The translations under genes were made by a program, and so were the position numbers. Positions 1-13,313 of a stretch of DNA of 64,000 bases are shown here, in pieces (within the stretch, counting starts at the first letter, position 1; the number at the start of each line of letters is the position of its first letter). The notes under the pieces were generated by a model that worked only from the letters and a program-made list of their open reading frames with translations, did no database searches and was not told the DNA's origin. Source of the DNA: Balanoglossus misakiensis (taxonomy: Eukaryota; Animalia; Hemichordata). The stretch spans positions 3,456,303 to 3,520,302 of the forward strand of contig CM082582.2 of the NCBI GenBank assembly GCA_040954595.2, given 5' to 3'.

Positions 1-667
1 CCCCCCATTTTCTTTCACACAGCAAAACACATCACCTATCTATCTTGTAAAAAAGAAAAACAGCGCTCCCATGAAAAGAATTTGAAACTGATGTTTCCCC
101 TCATCAGTGGGTATTAAAACTGAACATTGTTTTTTATTTTTTAAGTATCTGTATTCTGTGTTGGGAGACATTGTAAACCAAGAATTGAAGGGGGTGGGTT
201 TGGGAGGGGGTGTCCCCCTCCCACGTAAGAAAATTTTATAAAATACAGAGCTCAAAGCTGCATTTTAATGAACCTGGCAAAAGCAAATTAACTCAACTAC
301 CGGTATGTTGGGGAGGACAAATTTAACCGCCGCCGCTCAAAGTTATCATGGGGTGGGGGCAAGTCCCCTGACCTGGGACACTAGATAAACCAGTCAATGT
401 TTGAAAGGTGTTGATAAATGGAGGGGGTGGGTGTGGGAGGGGGTGTCCCCCTCCCACATTAGAAAATTTTGTAAAATAAAGGGCGCGAAACTGCATTTTT
501 GTGGACTCAAAATTAATATTTAATCGTCAAAGTTTTCAAGTCCCCCCCCCTTTCAGTCCCTAAATTATTTCAAATCCCCCCCCCTTACATACCCTCAATT
601 TTTTCAAATCCCCCCCCTCAATTCTCCTGCCCCCCCCCCTCCAGAGGTGTTTGTGAATGCAGCCTTA
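1..667. repeat. Interspersed G/C-run-rich repeat fragment; relative at ~39770-40460
   Basis: GGGAGGGGGTGTCCCCCTCCCAC at ~202 and ~435 followed by AAAATTTT(A/G)TAAAATA; similar reverse-complement segments at ~39938-39985 and ~40143-40160. Confidence 0.55.
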
Positions 668-3600
668 TTGGTACTGCAGAAGATTCATTCTAAAATTTAC
701 CACAAGTCGTTAGAGAAGGCATAGCTATAAAATTGTATAATAACAATACTCGTTTATGCCTCTCAGTTCTTGTCTGGTATTATTACTGATCCTTTCCGTG
801 CTGGTATCTTTGCCGTTTTCTCATCCTGATGTGCTCAACTACAACACAGTTTGATAGACCAGCTCGTTTAACCAAAACAGTGATCTTATTAATTTGAACG
901 CATTAATTAACGTACATACCAGGCTTCTACCGATTTAAGCCGTTCTAAGTGAGTGATGAAAATCTCATATGGTCGACACAATTTCAAGATGGCCGATTTT
1001 TGCTATGTTTAAGAAATGGGAGCTCATAAGCTAAAATGATGACGGGTCATTCTAAAACTTTTTGACAGAAAAAATAACAAAATGTGAACAAGTTAAGGAG
1101 TTTAATATGGTAACTTCAAAGACAGACATGTTTGACCAAAGGAAGTCATGAAATACAGTAAACATATCATTTCTTCTATCTCTTACTACAGTGGGTTGTC
1201 GACTTTTCGCCCAGAATGCAATGTGATTTGACCCCCTAGCGCAAAGTTTAGTACTGAAATACTACAATCGTATAATTAGCCCTACCTAAATTCATGAGTC
1301 ATAAGAAAAATGTTGAAGTTAGACTTTGAATTAAGAGAAATGTTCGTCATCAAATATCAGTTTAAAATCTTGGTAAGCACATTAAATGCACTTTGTCTAC
1401 ATTTTGGTGTAGAAACAGAGATGCTTGTCCTAGTAAAATCTCTAGGTTTCAATGGTTGTGGATGATTCTCTGTGGAGACTGTATCACTGGCAGAAATGAC
1501 ACGGACAAGTTCTACTCTGTAAGTCATGTAGGTCGGCGTTGCTATCGCAGTGGTTGTGGGAATCAATCAATCATGTTTGTCAGCTAGTCAGTGGGGACAA
1601 TATCCGTAAGGAAACATGTATACGAGTAGTTAGTATCCAGGTAAGCTGTAACATGGCTACCCTTTAATTGAAACTTTTGGTTCAGGTGTGTGTACGTTGA
1701 TTCAGTATCAGAAGCGAATGTGCTGGAATTTGAAGTGGGCGCGTGTACATGGTCGGTGAAGTTTCTTTATAGTTGTATAGCGTGGGAGTCCCACTCATAA
1801 GTTCCGATGACTGTTATACAATGTATAGGTTGGTTCGACAAGTTTCATGAAAACTTTTTGTCGTGGAGAACCAGCACTTATAACGGGATCGAGCATTAAA
1901 ACATGAAGCAGACGACAAAAAGTGACGAGACAGGCATCGCGCATGGAAAAGTACCAAATATTCCCACAGAGCAGTTCCAAAATAAAATGTCCGTAAATTT
2001 AGCAGTGTTTTATTTGGCTTAAACATATATTTTAATTTATGCATTCGACATTATATAATAGAGCCAGGTTTTGGATAGAGGCAAGTTCACTTATTGCCGC
2101 CAGATATCCAGTATATTACGCGAGTATAGTTCATTCTCAATTCCCGTAAAATCTTCTTTCCTTCTAACCACTTATTTCCAGATTATTTTGTTTAAGCGAC
2201 CAACTGTTATGATGGGTGGTATACTTTTCAAGTAGATTTTCCCGAACTCGTCATTTTAATGCGCAAAACAATCAAAGACTTCCGGGACTACAATGTTATG
2301 ACAGAGTAATAAGATCCACAGAAAGAGGTTTGGTGTAAAAAACAACGTTGACAGAGAAATGACAGAGAATTTTCAGCATAATCCTGCAAACGAGAGTATA
2401 ATTTCGAATACGCGAAATTTATCCGCAATGATAGAACCACAAACTTTGAGGGAAAAATAAGTCTAAGCTTATACTTGTTGGGTTATCTGCCTCGTTCACT
2501 CATACATTCAAGCACATATGGCCGTTATCGTACGTTAACAACGCAGTTTGATTCTTTGTTTGAGAATTCCTCAGGCAAGTTTTAAATGCCACCATAGCAA
2601 CGTCTCCATAGAATTTCAATCATCTATAGTTATTACTAGCCCACAGATTGTGAATGGTGTCTGTCTGCATGTTGTGGCTCCCCTCCGCGATGATGAAAGT
2701 GCGTTCATCAAAGTCTGTCGTAATCAGGTTTGAAGCGGATATCGTTCTTGTAACCATGATGTCAAATAGGTGATCGTCAGTCAGTGTCACCGAAACACAT
2801 TCAGAAGAGATCCATGCCATATGGTCTTTCTTTCTTGAATGTAAAAAGAAGTAAATGTCACAATACGTGCAAGTAATAAAACATGCGACCGCCGGAAATG
2901 AGTGGCAACGGTTTTATGGTATATAGCTACATGTAGCACAAAATTCAGTTGGTGTGAAGAAAGCCACTTTGATAAATAAATTTTGAAACACCATAAATGG
3001 ATTTTCATTACCATGTCGTCAATTGTCACATGTAGCTTACCTTTAGTCTACCTGAACAATGATATTGTAAGGTTGCATTAGTTTATGATTCCAGTGATAC
3101 TGTTTTGTGGTGAATAACAGTTTGGCCAGTAAGAGAGTGGCGTGTACGAGCGCAACTTTGGCAGCTTGCAAATTGGATGCTGACTGCTAAGTCCTTCTCT
3201 GTCTACTTCATTAACACCTGAAACAATATCTCATTTTCTGTTAAAAGGGCCCTATTAACGCGAAAACACTAGATTAAGCGTTTACACACACAGTCTACAA
3301 GTGCAAGACTAACCCCCTGACAACGGAGTGGATTGGCCCCAGAACAGTAACTTGAGTAAGGTTATAAATTATTTACTTCGGAAAACCACCATTCATTTCA
3401 TTAAAGTGGCACACTCGCCTTTATCAGTGTTGGCGTGGGGAGAGTGATCTGATAGAAACAAAGGTATCGTAGATTCGTGAGAGTTTTAAGCTTCGTGACA
3501 AATATCACCAAAGATTCGGTAAGACCTTTTATTGTTTTCTTTTCTATCACTATTTTAATTCGAGTTTAATTTATCTGTTTCTCACAACCCTTTACTATCG

Positions 3601-4383
3601 GTGTCCCCAGCTCAACGAAGAAACTTATCCTGCTCAGTATTGCGCGTGAGTCCTGTATCATCTACAGTCGTGTTTTATCATTATAAACTGTTCACGGAAA
3701 GTGGTGATACTTTCCAGGAACTGCATGCAATACTGTTCCCAATATTGTAAGCCGCGCAGTCCGTGTGCATGAAATCATTTATGCGCACGCGATGATATGA
3801 AATATATGTCGCCTTTACAAATGCATTCTACTTAATATGGAGGGGGATAATGTTCTTTTTGTGTCTGACTGTTAGCCGTAATCAAAGCAATTCAAAATTT
3901 ATGGATGGATGAATAATGTATCTGGTACTTTGATATCGTTGAGATGTGTTTGTTTTTATAATAACGGTGAATCATGCATGGTTAAGTAAAACCTTTGATT
4001 TGGTTTTGCTTGAGTTTGATACGACTCTGTCTCAGCCTGCATTAACCACGTTTCAAACACAAAATGCTGTCCTCTGCAAGAAACAATAGCATCGTCAATG
4101 ACACTGTACAGTCCTCGATGGGTCCATATTGGACTATTGGTATATCACAGGTATATCACAAAACAATTATAGCGCTGTCAACAATCTCAAGAATGTGCCC
4201 ACGAGGAGTGACAAAAGTAGACGGTATATGACATTCGAAGGTTTTTAATTACAAATTGCGAACTGAATTGTGGTTTAAGAAACTTGAAATTCTATGCTGG
4301 TAGCTAATTCGATACCAAATTCCTTTCCCAAGACAGCAACTGACACTCATCACCTGTAACCTTTGCATGTAAGCAGACCAGAA

Positions 4384-7182
4384 ATGAAGTATTTGTCGAC
4401 TATTGTGGCGTTTCTCGGGGTCACACTGGTAGGTACTTGCCTTTATTTTTTAATTAAATTTTTGTGTTGGCACTGAAGATGGCTCAATGGTGTTGCTGTG
4501 TTGTGCATTCCATTATCGTTAGATGAAGATCAATGCGTCTGAAATATTCTTGCCGTCGTTTCGGCACTGGCGGACGTTTTCCATGGCCCAGCCGCGCCAG
4601 AGTTTTAACTTCATTTCATCTTCAGTGACAGTTTCTCGCTCTTTATATTTATGTGTTTTGGGGTACAACTCATATTTCGCGGAGCCGTATAACTTCTCGC
4701 CTGATCGACTCGAAATTTACGGCGCCGAGCAAAAAAATTGATATAAATTAATCACGTGACTAAATCTTGTTACTTTTCGAAATTATAACATCGGTCTGAT
4801 ATTTTCCTTACCATAATTACTTTCCAATAAGATTCTCAGAGACAGTCATGCGTATAGGGATCTTGGTAAATTTTGCCAATCAACCAAAAAAGCAGATTTT
4901 TAGTTTTTGTACTAGTCGCCTCCGGTCTTCCTTCACACCAATCTGATTAAAATCAGATGTAGGGAACGGCGACTTGGTAGTGTGAGGCGACAGCATAAAA
5001 AAAAAACCAAGTCGCCGTTCCCTACATCTGATTTTAATCAGATTGCCTTCACACCTCACCATCACAGGATTACCAGCTTTGCCGGCCCTGACACGCTACC
5101 AATATTCACCACATTTTCTCTTTGTTGGTGGTTTTACGAGTACGAGTTCTTTGAGAATACGATAGCAGTGTTTATGACTTTTGTTTGATATATGCTCAGA
5201 ACTGAGTGATCATAATGACAATTATGTGGGTAGTGTGGCAAAACATGCATAGTTGTGTTTCCTTTTATTTTACTTATTGAAATATTTTCATGTTATTATA
5301 TTGCAGGTACATGGTAACTGGGGTAAGTGTGCACATCAAATGTTTTTTTTTTTGGTTAAAATCAGCCTCGATCGTTTTCTATTATCTTTACAATATATAA
5401 CACTTTTCAAACAATTATCCCACAACTCGTCCAATGGTTATTCGTCTTGAAAACGAGATAATGCAGGACACCGTTTTGTTATTTTTAGTGCATAACAAGA
5501 AAATACTTGTAAATTCCTTTTCGTATTTTGCTTTTCTAATATACTTATTAACGAAAAGGTGCCTCACGCGTCCAACGGTTTTCATTTTTGACACATACTG
5601 GTACTAACCAACGCATGAAAATGGTGTCTAACACCACTTCAGCCTGTACAGTGGTCATAATATGAAAAAAAACATGCAAGTTTCAATTTAAGTTTTTTCG
5701 TTTTCTTTTCTCTTCTCTTCATCCATCAATTTTAGGAAGTTGAGATAAGTGGCAGTCATACATGCAGATATGTTATCCTCCGATACGAGTAGTGTGATTT
5801 TTGCGTCAACATAACAGCAGATGTCACAAGTTTAGCAACAAGCTACACTTATTATAAGACTTTCAAATATCAGATATTTTTATATTTCTGCTACAGAGAC
5901 GTGTATCAACGGAGACTTATTCACAATTGTGTCAACTGGACGAAACTGGGAATCTTCAAAAACATTTTGCACTCAAAGTGGCGGGCAACTGGCAGTCCTT
6001 GCAACCGAAGATTTGACCTCACAGTTTAAACAATACCTCTTAGACGGAACATTTGATGAAGACATAAGTCGAGGGATGTGGATCGGTTTCAACGATATCA
6101 GTCAAGAAGGAACGTATACATGGGTCGATGGAACACCCTGGGTTTATACCGACTGGTTTCGCACACAACCAGACAACAACGTTAAGAGGGACTCTTGCCA
6201 TGGCCAAGACTGTGGACAAATTTGGTAAGTGCTAGCGATAAAATTATCTGCATGGGGTAATTTGAATTAATTGTTCGCAGTGAGGTGCATTCTTAAACGT
6301 GACATACTTTAAAGGTTCTCCCTTTCTTCTCAAGGCCTTTGGAATAGGCTTTTCCGATGCTTATTTGCTTGGGGAAACCAAATGTTGTTGAAATAGGCAT
6401 TTCGTGTAAAAGTCACTCTGAAAACATATTTCTTTACATACAGGAAAAGAGGTAACTTTTTAACACTTCTAAAGTTATGAGTCGTCATTTGTTTACACTG
6501 AGAGACTTTATGCATGTATTCCATGTATTCTTAATATCACAAAAAGCCCCAAAAGAGCAACTTTGCCCGATTAAAATGTTGTACAATTATAAGTTGTAAA
6601 CACATGAGTAAAAGCAATTCTTCCTTGTTTTTCTACTACAGGAAGTGGCCTCGATCTGATCCATTATGGCAGTGGGACGATGACTACTGCTTCAAGTCAA
6701 AACCACATGTTTGTCAGTATGGTAAGTTTTATCTCCACATTTACTCGAATGATGCATGGAAACAACACAACACAACACAACACAACACAACACAACACAA
6801 CACAACACAACACAACACAACACAACACAACACAACACAACACAACACAACACAACACAACACAACACAACACAACACAACACAACACAACACAACACAA
6901 CACAACACAACACAACACAACACAACACAACACAACACAACACAACACAACACAACACAACACAATCCTGGAAAGGTGGCAATTTATATCACCATCAAAG
7001 ACAATGAAGCAAAATGGCATAAGAGACTCACGTGAATGGGAAGTCATTTATTATACCGATAGCAGCTATGCTTGTTATCTTCTGCTGTGTGGTAATTTTG
7101 TTCTAGCTATTTCGTATTATGCACTTATTATGCATCTCTTCATTTTCCCACAGTTTCCCATGAATCCTGTAATGCAGTATAA
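4384..7182 (+). CDS. Secreted single-domain C-type lectin, QPD (galactose/GalNAc-type) motif; 5 coding exons
   Basis: Exons 4384-4428, 5307-5322, 5897-6224, 6642-6721, 7154-7182 join in frame through GT-AG junctions: MKYLSTIVAFLGVTL|VHGNW|ETCINGDLFTIVSTGRNWESSKTFC...LAVL...MWIGFND...EGTYTWVDG...YTDW...QPDNN...GQDCGQIW|KWPRSDPLWQWDDDYCFKSKPHVCQY|VSHESCNAV*. Signal-peptide-like N-terminus, WIG, QPD and WDD motifs and conserved cysteines. AATAAA at 7295-7300. Confidence 0.9.
4939..5045. mobile_element. Palindromic MITE, family A (CAATCTGATTAAAATCAGATGTAG termini), 9-bp TSD
   Basis: ~40-bp perfect inverted termini; direct repeat CCTTCACAC at 4930-4938 and 5046-5054. Lies in lectin intron 1. Confidence 0.85.
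6440..6575. repeat. Interspersed repeat end shared with GAS8 intron 6 (~45815-45921)
   Basis: AAGAGG...CACTT(C/T)TAAAGTTATGA(G/A)TCGTCATT...ACTG(A/T)GAGACTT...AAGAG..ACTTTG.CC in both places. Confidence 0.55.
6762..6965. repeat. (CACAA)n microsatellite, ~40 units, lectin intron 4
   Basis: Seen directly. Confidence 0.98.
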
Positions 7183-8633
7183 CTTCCAGCAGTGCACTGA
7201 AAAGCAGTTCCCTACAAAATATGTTGTTCATGTATAACCTTCATTTAATGTCATATTTACTTGTTGCAAATAGATTAATCACATCATTAAAACCAATAAA
7301 CAATCAACTTGTGTTTTACAGAAATTAAACACATGAAACGTTTTTCATTCAGATTTTTTTTACATTTGTTGAGCTGTTTAACAAGTTTAATCTGGCAAGA
7401 AGTGTTTATACCTTTCCGGGTATGATAAGCTGTAAAATCATATACGATGTAAAAAATTCTTACAATGGAAATTTATCCTATTCATATCATCGCGAAATCT
7501 TGACATTCAAAGTGCACTTTCTTGTTAGAAAGCAAGCATGGAAATACACTGAATAAACCGGATTGTTATGAGAATAAAATCATACTTTTCTGACCCAAAA
7601 TATGTATTATTCATTTGTATAAACATAAGAGGCTGGCCCTCCAGAAATGTCATATTGTACAAACTGTAGGGAGCAAACACGACAGCCACAGACTCCTCAA
7701 ATACTTTCAATCGTGAAAGATACCTATTGGAATAACTGCATTTCGTAATTTGCATATCCATATTAATCGTGTTATGTTAATGAAGTTGTAATGTTTTCCA
7801 AACAGCGATAAGTGATTTCTCATGAGAAAACAATGAGTACTTGAACATATCGTGGAAAATGTGCCGAAAATTGCAAAATCATTAAATGTTTGTTGACCCG
7901 CATTGGTAGGAAGATAATTGACCGAACAATACCCTTCTGCAGCTGAACAATTTCGGGTGGCCCCAAATACTTTCACTTTGGACTTTGGAGGCTAACATTA
8001 CCATCCTAATATCCTCTTTGAACGTTTGGCGGATTACCTAACCATACCTCCACTATCCAATTCGAGGTGAGTTTTGCTGATGTTATATAGTTACACCTAC
8101 AACACACATAACGTGGCCAATTCTAGGTTGGTAAACCAGAAGTGCGCCTGGTGGGGGCGCCCGACTTTGGTGAAGGAATGTCACAGTGGTGGCAGCGGTG
8201 GGAAAAACACGACAGACAGTTTTAGTTCTAGATTGCGACCTTCCCCTAGGACAGATGTGTTAATAGTGACACCCCCCCATGCAACTGGCCCACCCCTTCT
8301 TCGTTTTTACTAAAACCTCCCTTACCAGAACCAGCGCCCAGATCAGTCCGATTTCTCTGTACATTGTTGTAGCTATAGTACAGTTCGGTGATGCTGCCTG
8401 TACAATTTGGCCGGCGCCCTCTTGCGATGTCCTTTCACTAATTACTTCCAACCACAGCAGACTGGGATGTGACCTTCTGTTGCTGGTTTCTCCGCATCTG
8501 AATTATCTGAGGAGCGTTCTGGAGTTGACATATTATTGATAAAGCAACGGTCGCTGAGAAAGACTTTCTAACGATCAACGAGAAACCTAATAACTCTCTT
8601 TGTGTCGCTGGCAAACCACAGCAAAGAGACACA

Positions 8634-9124
8634 TAGCCTTGCGTACAGGTCTGTGTGTTCCCGGCGTTACACGGCCTCCACCACAGCCCTGCAAGGCGCC
8701 ATAGAAAAAACTGGTGCTTCTGCGGTCCGGATCCGGACCGCAGCTTTTTCGGCCGAAATTCGATTTTATCGAAGCAAAATCATTTCCCTGTCTACTTCTG
8801 CCCCCTAACCGACTCCAAATATGATGCGATTAACTTGTCCTAACGTCCGAACCACTCGCGTGGTTCTCAACATGTAAACACACAAAAATGAATCAAACGC
8901 GAGTGGTTCGGACGTTAGGACAAGTTAATCGCATCATATTTGGAGTCGGTTAGGGGGCAGAAGTAGACAGGGAAAGGATTTCGCTTCGATAAAATCGAAT
9001 TTCGGCCGAAAAAGCTGCAGTCCGGATCCGGACCGCAGAAGCACCATTTTTTTCTATGGCGCCTTGCAGGGCTGTGGTGGAGGCCGTGTTACGCCGGGAA
9101 CACACAGACCTGTACGCAGAGCTA
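8634..9124. mobile_element. 491-bp foldback element, family B (TAGC...GCTA termini), 9-bp TSD; Academ-like non-autonomous
   Basis: Near-perfect ~227-bp inverted arms (8634-8861 / 8897-9124); AGAGACACA at 8625-8633 and 9125-9133. Superfamily assignment is inference from TAG termini and TSD length. Confidence 0.85.
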
Positions 9125-9297
9125 AGAGACACAGTATCGTTAAAGCGGTGGAATCTGTAAATTTCGAGCAACTGTAACAGTTCCCACTCACACAGAGGGT
9201 GCTGTTGTTCACAAGCTACTTGTTGTCCAAATAGACAACATTTTAAGGTTGGATGGTTATACAAATAACTTGTGCAAGAAGTTGTCTACCGGAATTA

Positions 9298-9433
9298 CAA
9301 TGTGATTGAAATCAGATGTAGGGAACGGCGACGTGGTTTTTTTTTATGCTGTCGCCTCACACTACTCATACTAGTGTAGGCGACATCATAAAAACCACGT
9401 CGCCGTTCCCTACATCTGATTTTAATCAGATTT
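9298..9433. mobile_element. Palindromic MITE, family A, second copy
   Basis: Same termini (AAATCAGATGTAGGGAACGGCGAC); flanks CCGGAATTA (9289-9297) and CCGGAATTG (9434-9442). Confidence 0.8.
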
Positions 9434-9599
9434 CCGGAATTGGTGCTTTAAAGCGACTAAGTCGTTTTTCCAAAGGAATGTTTTTTTCGTTAATTTATGC
9501 CGCTGTGTTCTTGTCTTTTAAAACTAGTGTTGTAATGTTTGAGCAAATTAGTTGAAGCCAAATCTGCAAAGATTGTATAAAACTGCATTTAAAGGGCCA

Positions 9600-9760
9600 G
9601 GCGGGTAATTAATGAAGTTGACACGACTTTCTCTCCTCGAACCATTTTTTCTGGTCAAAGACCATTTGCTTATCAAGATAGCTACGAAAATTTGGAATTC
9701 AATTCCTCATCTATTAAAAACTGTGAGGCCTTGTCGACGTTTAAGTCAAAATTACATGTA
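9600..9760 (+). mobile_element. Decayed LINE (CR1/L2-like) ORF2 C-terminal fragment
   Basis: Frameshifted translation GQRPFAYQ / ATKIWNSIP / IKNCEALSTFKSKL resembles the 'F...WN.LP..i......FK..L' end of CR1/L2 ORF2. Confidence 0.5.
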
Positions 9761-10123
9761 ACCATAGAGGGCGCAACTAATTTATATACCATCCTATTGG
9801 GAGCAAATTATAATCGTCATCTCATAGGTGCAATCATGGTCTATATACTATCGTGAGCCCAATTAATACCCTTACCAAGCTATACAGCTCTACAGAATGA
9901 TGCCAAAGAGCTGGTGCAGACCAGTCAGAGAAGACAATTTAATCTAAAAAATCTTCTGGCAGACATTTGCAGTGGGCTTGAATGGCGGACTTGCATCCCA
10001 CGAACGAAAAACCATGGCAGTTGAACAGAAAGGACTACATAATCACAATCATACCAATCCATATTCCGAAGCTCGTAGGACAAATATCACAATTAGATGG
10101 CCACTTGCAAAGACAAAACAATT

Positions 10124-10187
10124 CAGCACAGCACGGCACAGCACGGCACGGCACGGCACAGCACGGCACGGCACAGCACAGCACAGC
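10124..10187. repeat. (CACAG/CACGG)n pentanucleotide repeat
   Basis: Seen directly. Confidence 0.9.
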
Positions 10188-11743
10188 AAAGACAACCAAC
10201 AAAGAACACATTACAAGTCTGGTACGTGAAAGGAAGACATGGACTTCTGGCAAAAGGCCAAATGTTTCGAAAATAGGAAAAAAAATATCATTTTCTCAAT
10301 GAAAACGAAAAAAAAGCAATGAAGAGAAAGAAAGCTAAGATTAATAACGATAATTCTGAAATATAGATGATAATACATCCAGCAGGCCCTTTGATGTGTA
10401 GTGGTATTGCTTTGCACACCCGCCCGCCCGCCCGCCCGCCAAAAACAAATTGTCTCGTTACATTCAACGGCTTTAGTGAAAGTAAATGTATTTTATAGGC
10501 TAGAAACTATTGTGTTTTCACGGCACTGAAGTTTAGCCAAAACGTGATCTACCATAACACAAGAGTTAGATTTGTTAAAACTTGAATGAACATGTACCTA
10601 ATAAGGTTCTAAACAATAATTTTCTCCACGTTTGGAGGCTTTAAACTAACTCAAGAATATTTGGCGATTTTTTGTTGTTGAAAAATATACTTTCTCCTAT
10701 TCGGCTTGAAGTACCAAGGTCATATTCAACAATAAAGGTCAACGGCCTCAAGTGATCTCGACGTTGGATATGGTGCATTTGATTTACTACGTTCGAAACG
10801 TACAGCCAATATCTGGACATCTCATAATGTATTTTACATAATGAATGAACGTATATTTCTCTTGCCGTAATTAGTTCAGTTATTTTGAATTGGTGAGCTG
10901 TCTTTGAATTATTCGAGTCGTAGTTTGCTTTCTGAACGTTCGAGTTTTGTCGTCAATGACATCATGAATAAACATGGCGATTTCCATCTGTAGTACATAT
11001 TGCACATTTCATGATTAAACCGGGTGTGCGGGTTACAAGGATCCAATCTGACGATTTTGAGCGGCGAGATTATAACGAGACATGAACTTTTGTCAAAACT
11101 TTTCTCGACAGTATGGTCTGATGACTACGTCATTGCGTTTACTTTTGTGTTTGAGTACGATGAAGGTTATTGCAAAGTTCATACTATTTTTCAACTTGAA
11201 ATTCAAACGTCATGTTTTCGTACTATTAGGCGAAGTACTTCGATTATCATATTCCGTTTTCAGTTACGCATTTCCAGGTTTCGGTCACATGATTCGAGTT
11301 GATCGGCCAAGCAAACCTGAAGCCCCACGATTCCCAGCACTCAGCAAAATGTCTTCTTTTAATGACATTTCCATGTATATTTTTAATCTAGCGAGAAAGC
11401 CACTTGCACTTTGGGAGACTATGTCAGATATCAGACAATCACTTCGGGTATCGATGTCACTGAGGTGTGTATGTTTGTCAAATCGCCCACGCGGATGTGG
11501 ACAATGGGCAGCGCCCCGTCGCTTGACCGGTGATGGGATCGTGCGTCAAGGATAAAGTCCAGACCTGTTATCGACAACGTGTATAAGGTCACATTATACA
11601 TTTTACAAACACTTGCATGTTTTTTGTTTGTTTCGTATGTTTTTTTCGAAGAGAAATCCCTTCCAGTTATCTTGTTCGAGAAGAAAAAATATTTTACTTC
11701 GGTAGAGACAACTGTGCATATGATAAAGTTTCAGCTTATGACA

Positions 11744-12300
11744 AAATTGTTTCAAGTAATAAATCTTACATTTAAAATTGTAAATAAGAAGGCGCGCTTT
11801 TAATTGAGTGATTAAGTTGACTTGTAGAAAAATGCGGCTCAAAAACTTTAGAAAAATCAGAACATTCTAAATCGTTTTTCTTTGTTTTTTTACTGTTGAT
11901 TATTTATTTAACATAGATTATTGTGCATAGGTATTTTGCTTGGCATGCACAAAAATTAGAAATTAGGCTTTGAACTATACTGATTACGGGTTTCTCGAGG
12001 GACATGCAAACTTTTTTTAACCAAACACGGAATGGAAATCTCCAGATGTGTACTGGTCTTCATTATAACGGCTTAACCGTTTTCTGGGCCAGTTTTCAAT
12101 TATATCGACTAAATAAGATAGAAATTGTTTCAAGTAATACATCTTACATTTAAAATTGTAAGCCGATTTTAGACAAATGTTAATAATGAGGTGCGCTTTT
12201 AATTGAGTGATTGAGTTGACTTGTAGAAAAATGCTGCTCATAAACTTTAGAAAAATCACACCAGTTTACATAATTTTTCTTTGATTTTACTGTTGATTTT
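11744..12300. repeat. Local imperfect direct duplication (~150 bp)
   Basis: AAATTGTTTCAAGTAAT...TTTTAATTGAGTGATT...AAACTTTAGAAAAATCA...TTTACTGTTGATT at ~11744-11902 and again at ~12122-12298. Confidence 0.75.
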
Positions 12301-13086
12301 AGCTAAATACACTATGTATTTATATTTAATATTTTAAATCTTGAAGTATATTATTCCTCCATGCGAACGGATTTCAAGGCAGACGTTAAAGTGACCATCA
12401 CGTCAATAGAAATTTGGAAAAGAAATAATGTTATTTGAAACGTACTAATTCGACAAATCCAATATTTCATAACCTGGTTACCTCGTTAAGGATCACCTAT
12501 AGTTTTAGTTTTCTTCAACTGTTTAAAGCTTTTTTTAAATCCTACATATTGCATACATTAGGAAAAAGTTAGGCCTACAAATAAAAAATCACTGTATGTT
12601 TTAAACTTCTGCAAACACCAGAGTCGCTGTGCACTGGAATTTTATTTTATATTGACAGCCACGTGACCTGTTTGATTGTTATCGATCCTGAGCTACGTTG
12701 CAAGATGCTGACCGCTTTATCTGGGTTCAACAAGGGGCCAATGCACAGGAAATGACCCAAGGGTTGGTTGGATGGCCTTGACACAATCCAGTACTGTCGC
12801 TCCAACAGCCAATCACATGGTTTCGGCCCATAGTTTTTTCAGACACAACACAAACACACAATCCGACCTTCCTCATGAATATGTAAACATGTGTCTTATT
12901 TTGCAGCCTGTCCGTCAGGCCTACTCTTGATATCAGTAACCATGATATTAACTGGAATATCGACATGAATCAAAACTGCTCAGAGCTTTCGGTAGTTTTT
13001 TTGCCTCGTCACCATGGTCACAGAGCTGTTTAGCTCCAATCTGTTTATATATGCTTGTGTATATATTGTATGTTCGTGTATTGTGC

Positions 13087-13117
13087 TGCATGCATGCATG
13101 CATGCATGCATGCACCC

Positions 13118-13157
<40 letters not shown>

Positions 13158-13175
13158 ATGTCTATCTTTCTATCT
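13087..13175. repeat. Compound (GCAT)n + (CTAT)n microsatellite
   Basis: Seen directly. Confidence 0.9.
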
Positions 13176-13240
13176 AATCTAAGCTAATATAATGAATGTC
13201 CACCAAAAAACCGCCGTAAGAGCCGCTGCATGCGCTACCC

Positions 13241-13313
13241 TAGCTGTGGTACGCAGCTGTACCGTTGGGGGTGGTGCTCATTACCCCCACGGTACAGCTG
13301 CGTACCACAGCTA
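13241..13313. mobile_element. 73-bp hairpin MITE with TAGC...GCTA termini
   Basis: TAGCTGTGGTACGCAGCTGTACCGT...ACGGTACAGCTGCGTACCACAGCTA; flanks GCGCTACCC (13232-13240) and GCACTACCC (13314-13322). Confidence 0.75.

Noticed and set aside
6680-7237. Several 70-185 aa ORFs with HNTTQ or CCVVL repeats
   Set aside because: Translations of the (CACAA)n microsatellite in lectin intron 4.
8602-9264. Two near-identical ORFs on opposite strands (AYRSVCSRR...SLSTSAP)
   Set aside because: Artefact of the palindromic foldback element.
11082-11555. 157-aa ORF as a gene or upstream PPP1R3 exon
   Set aside because: No recognisable domain and no splice support I could establish.
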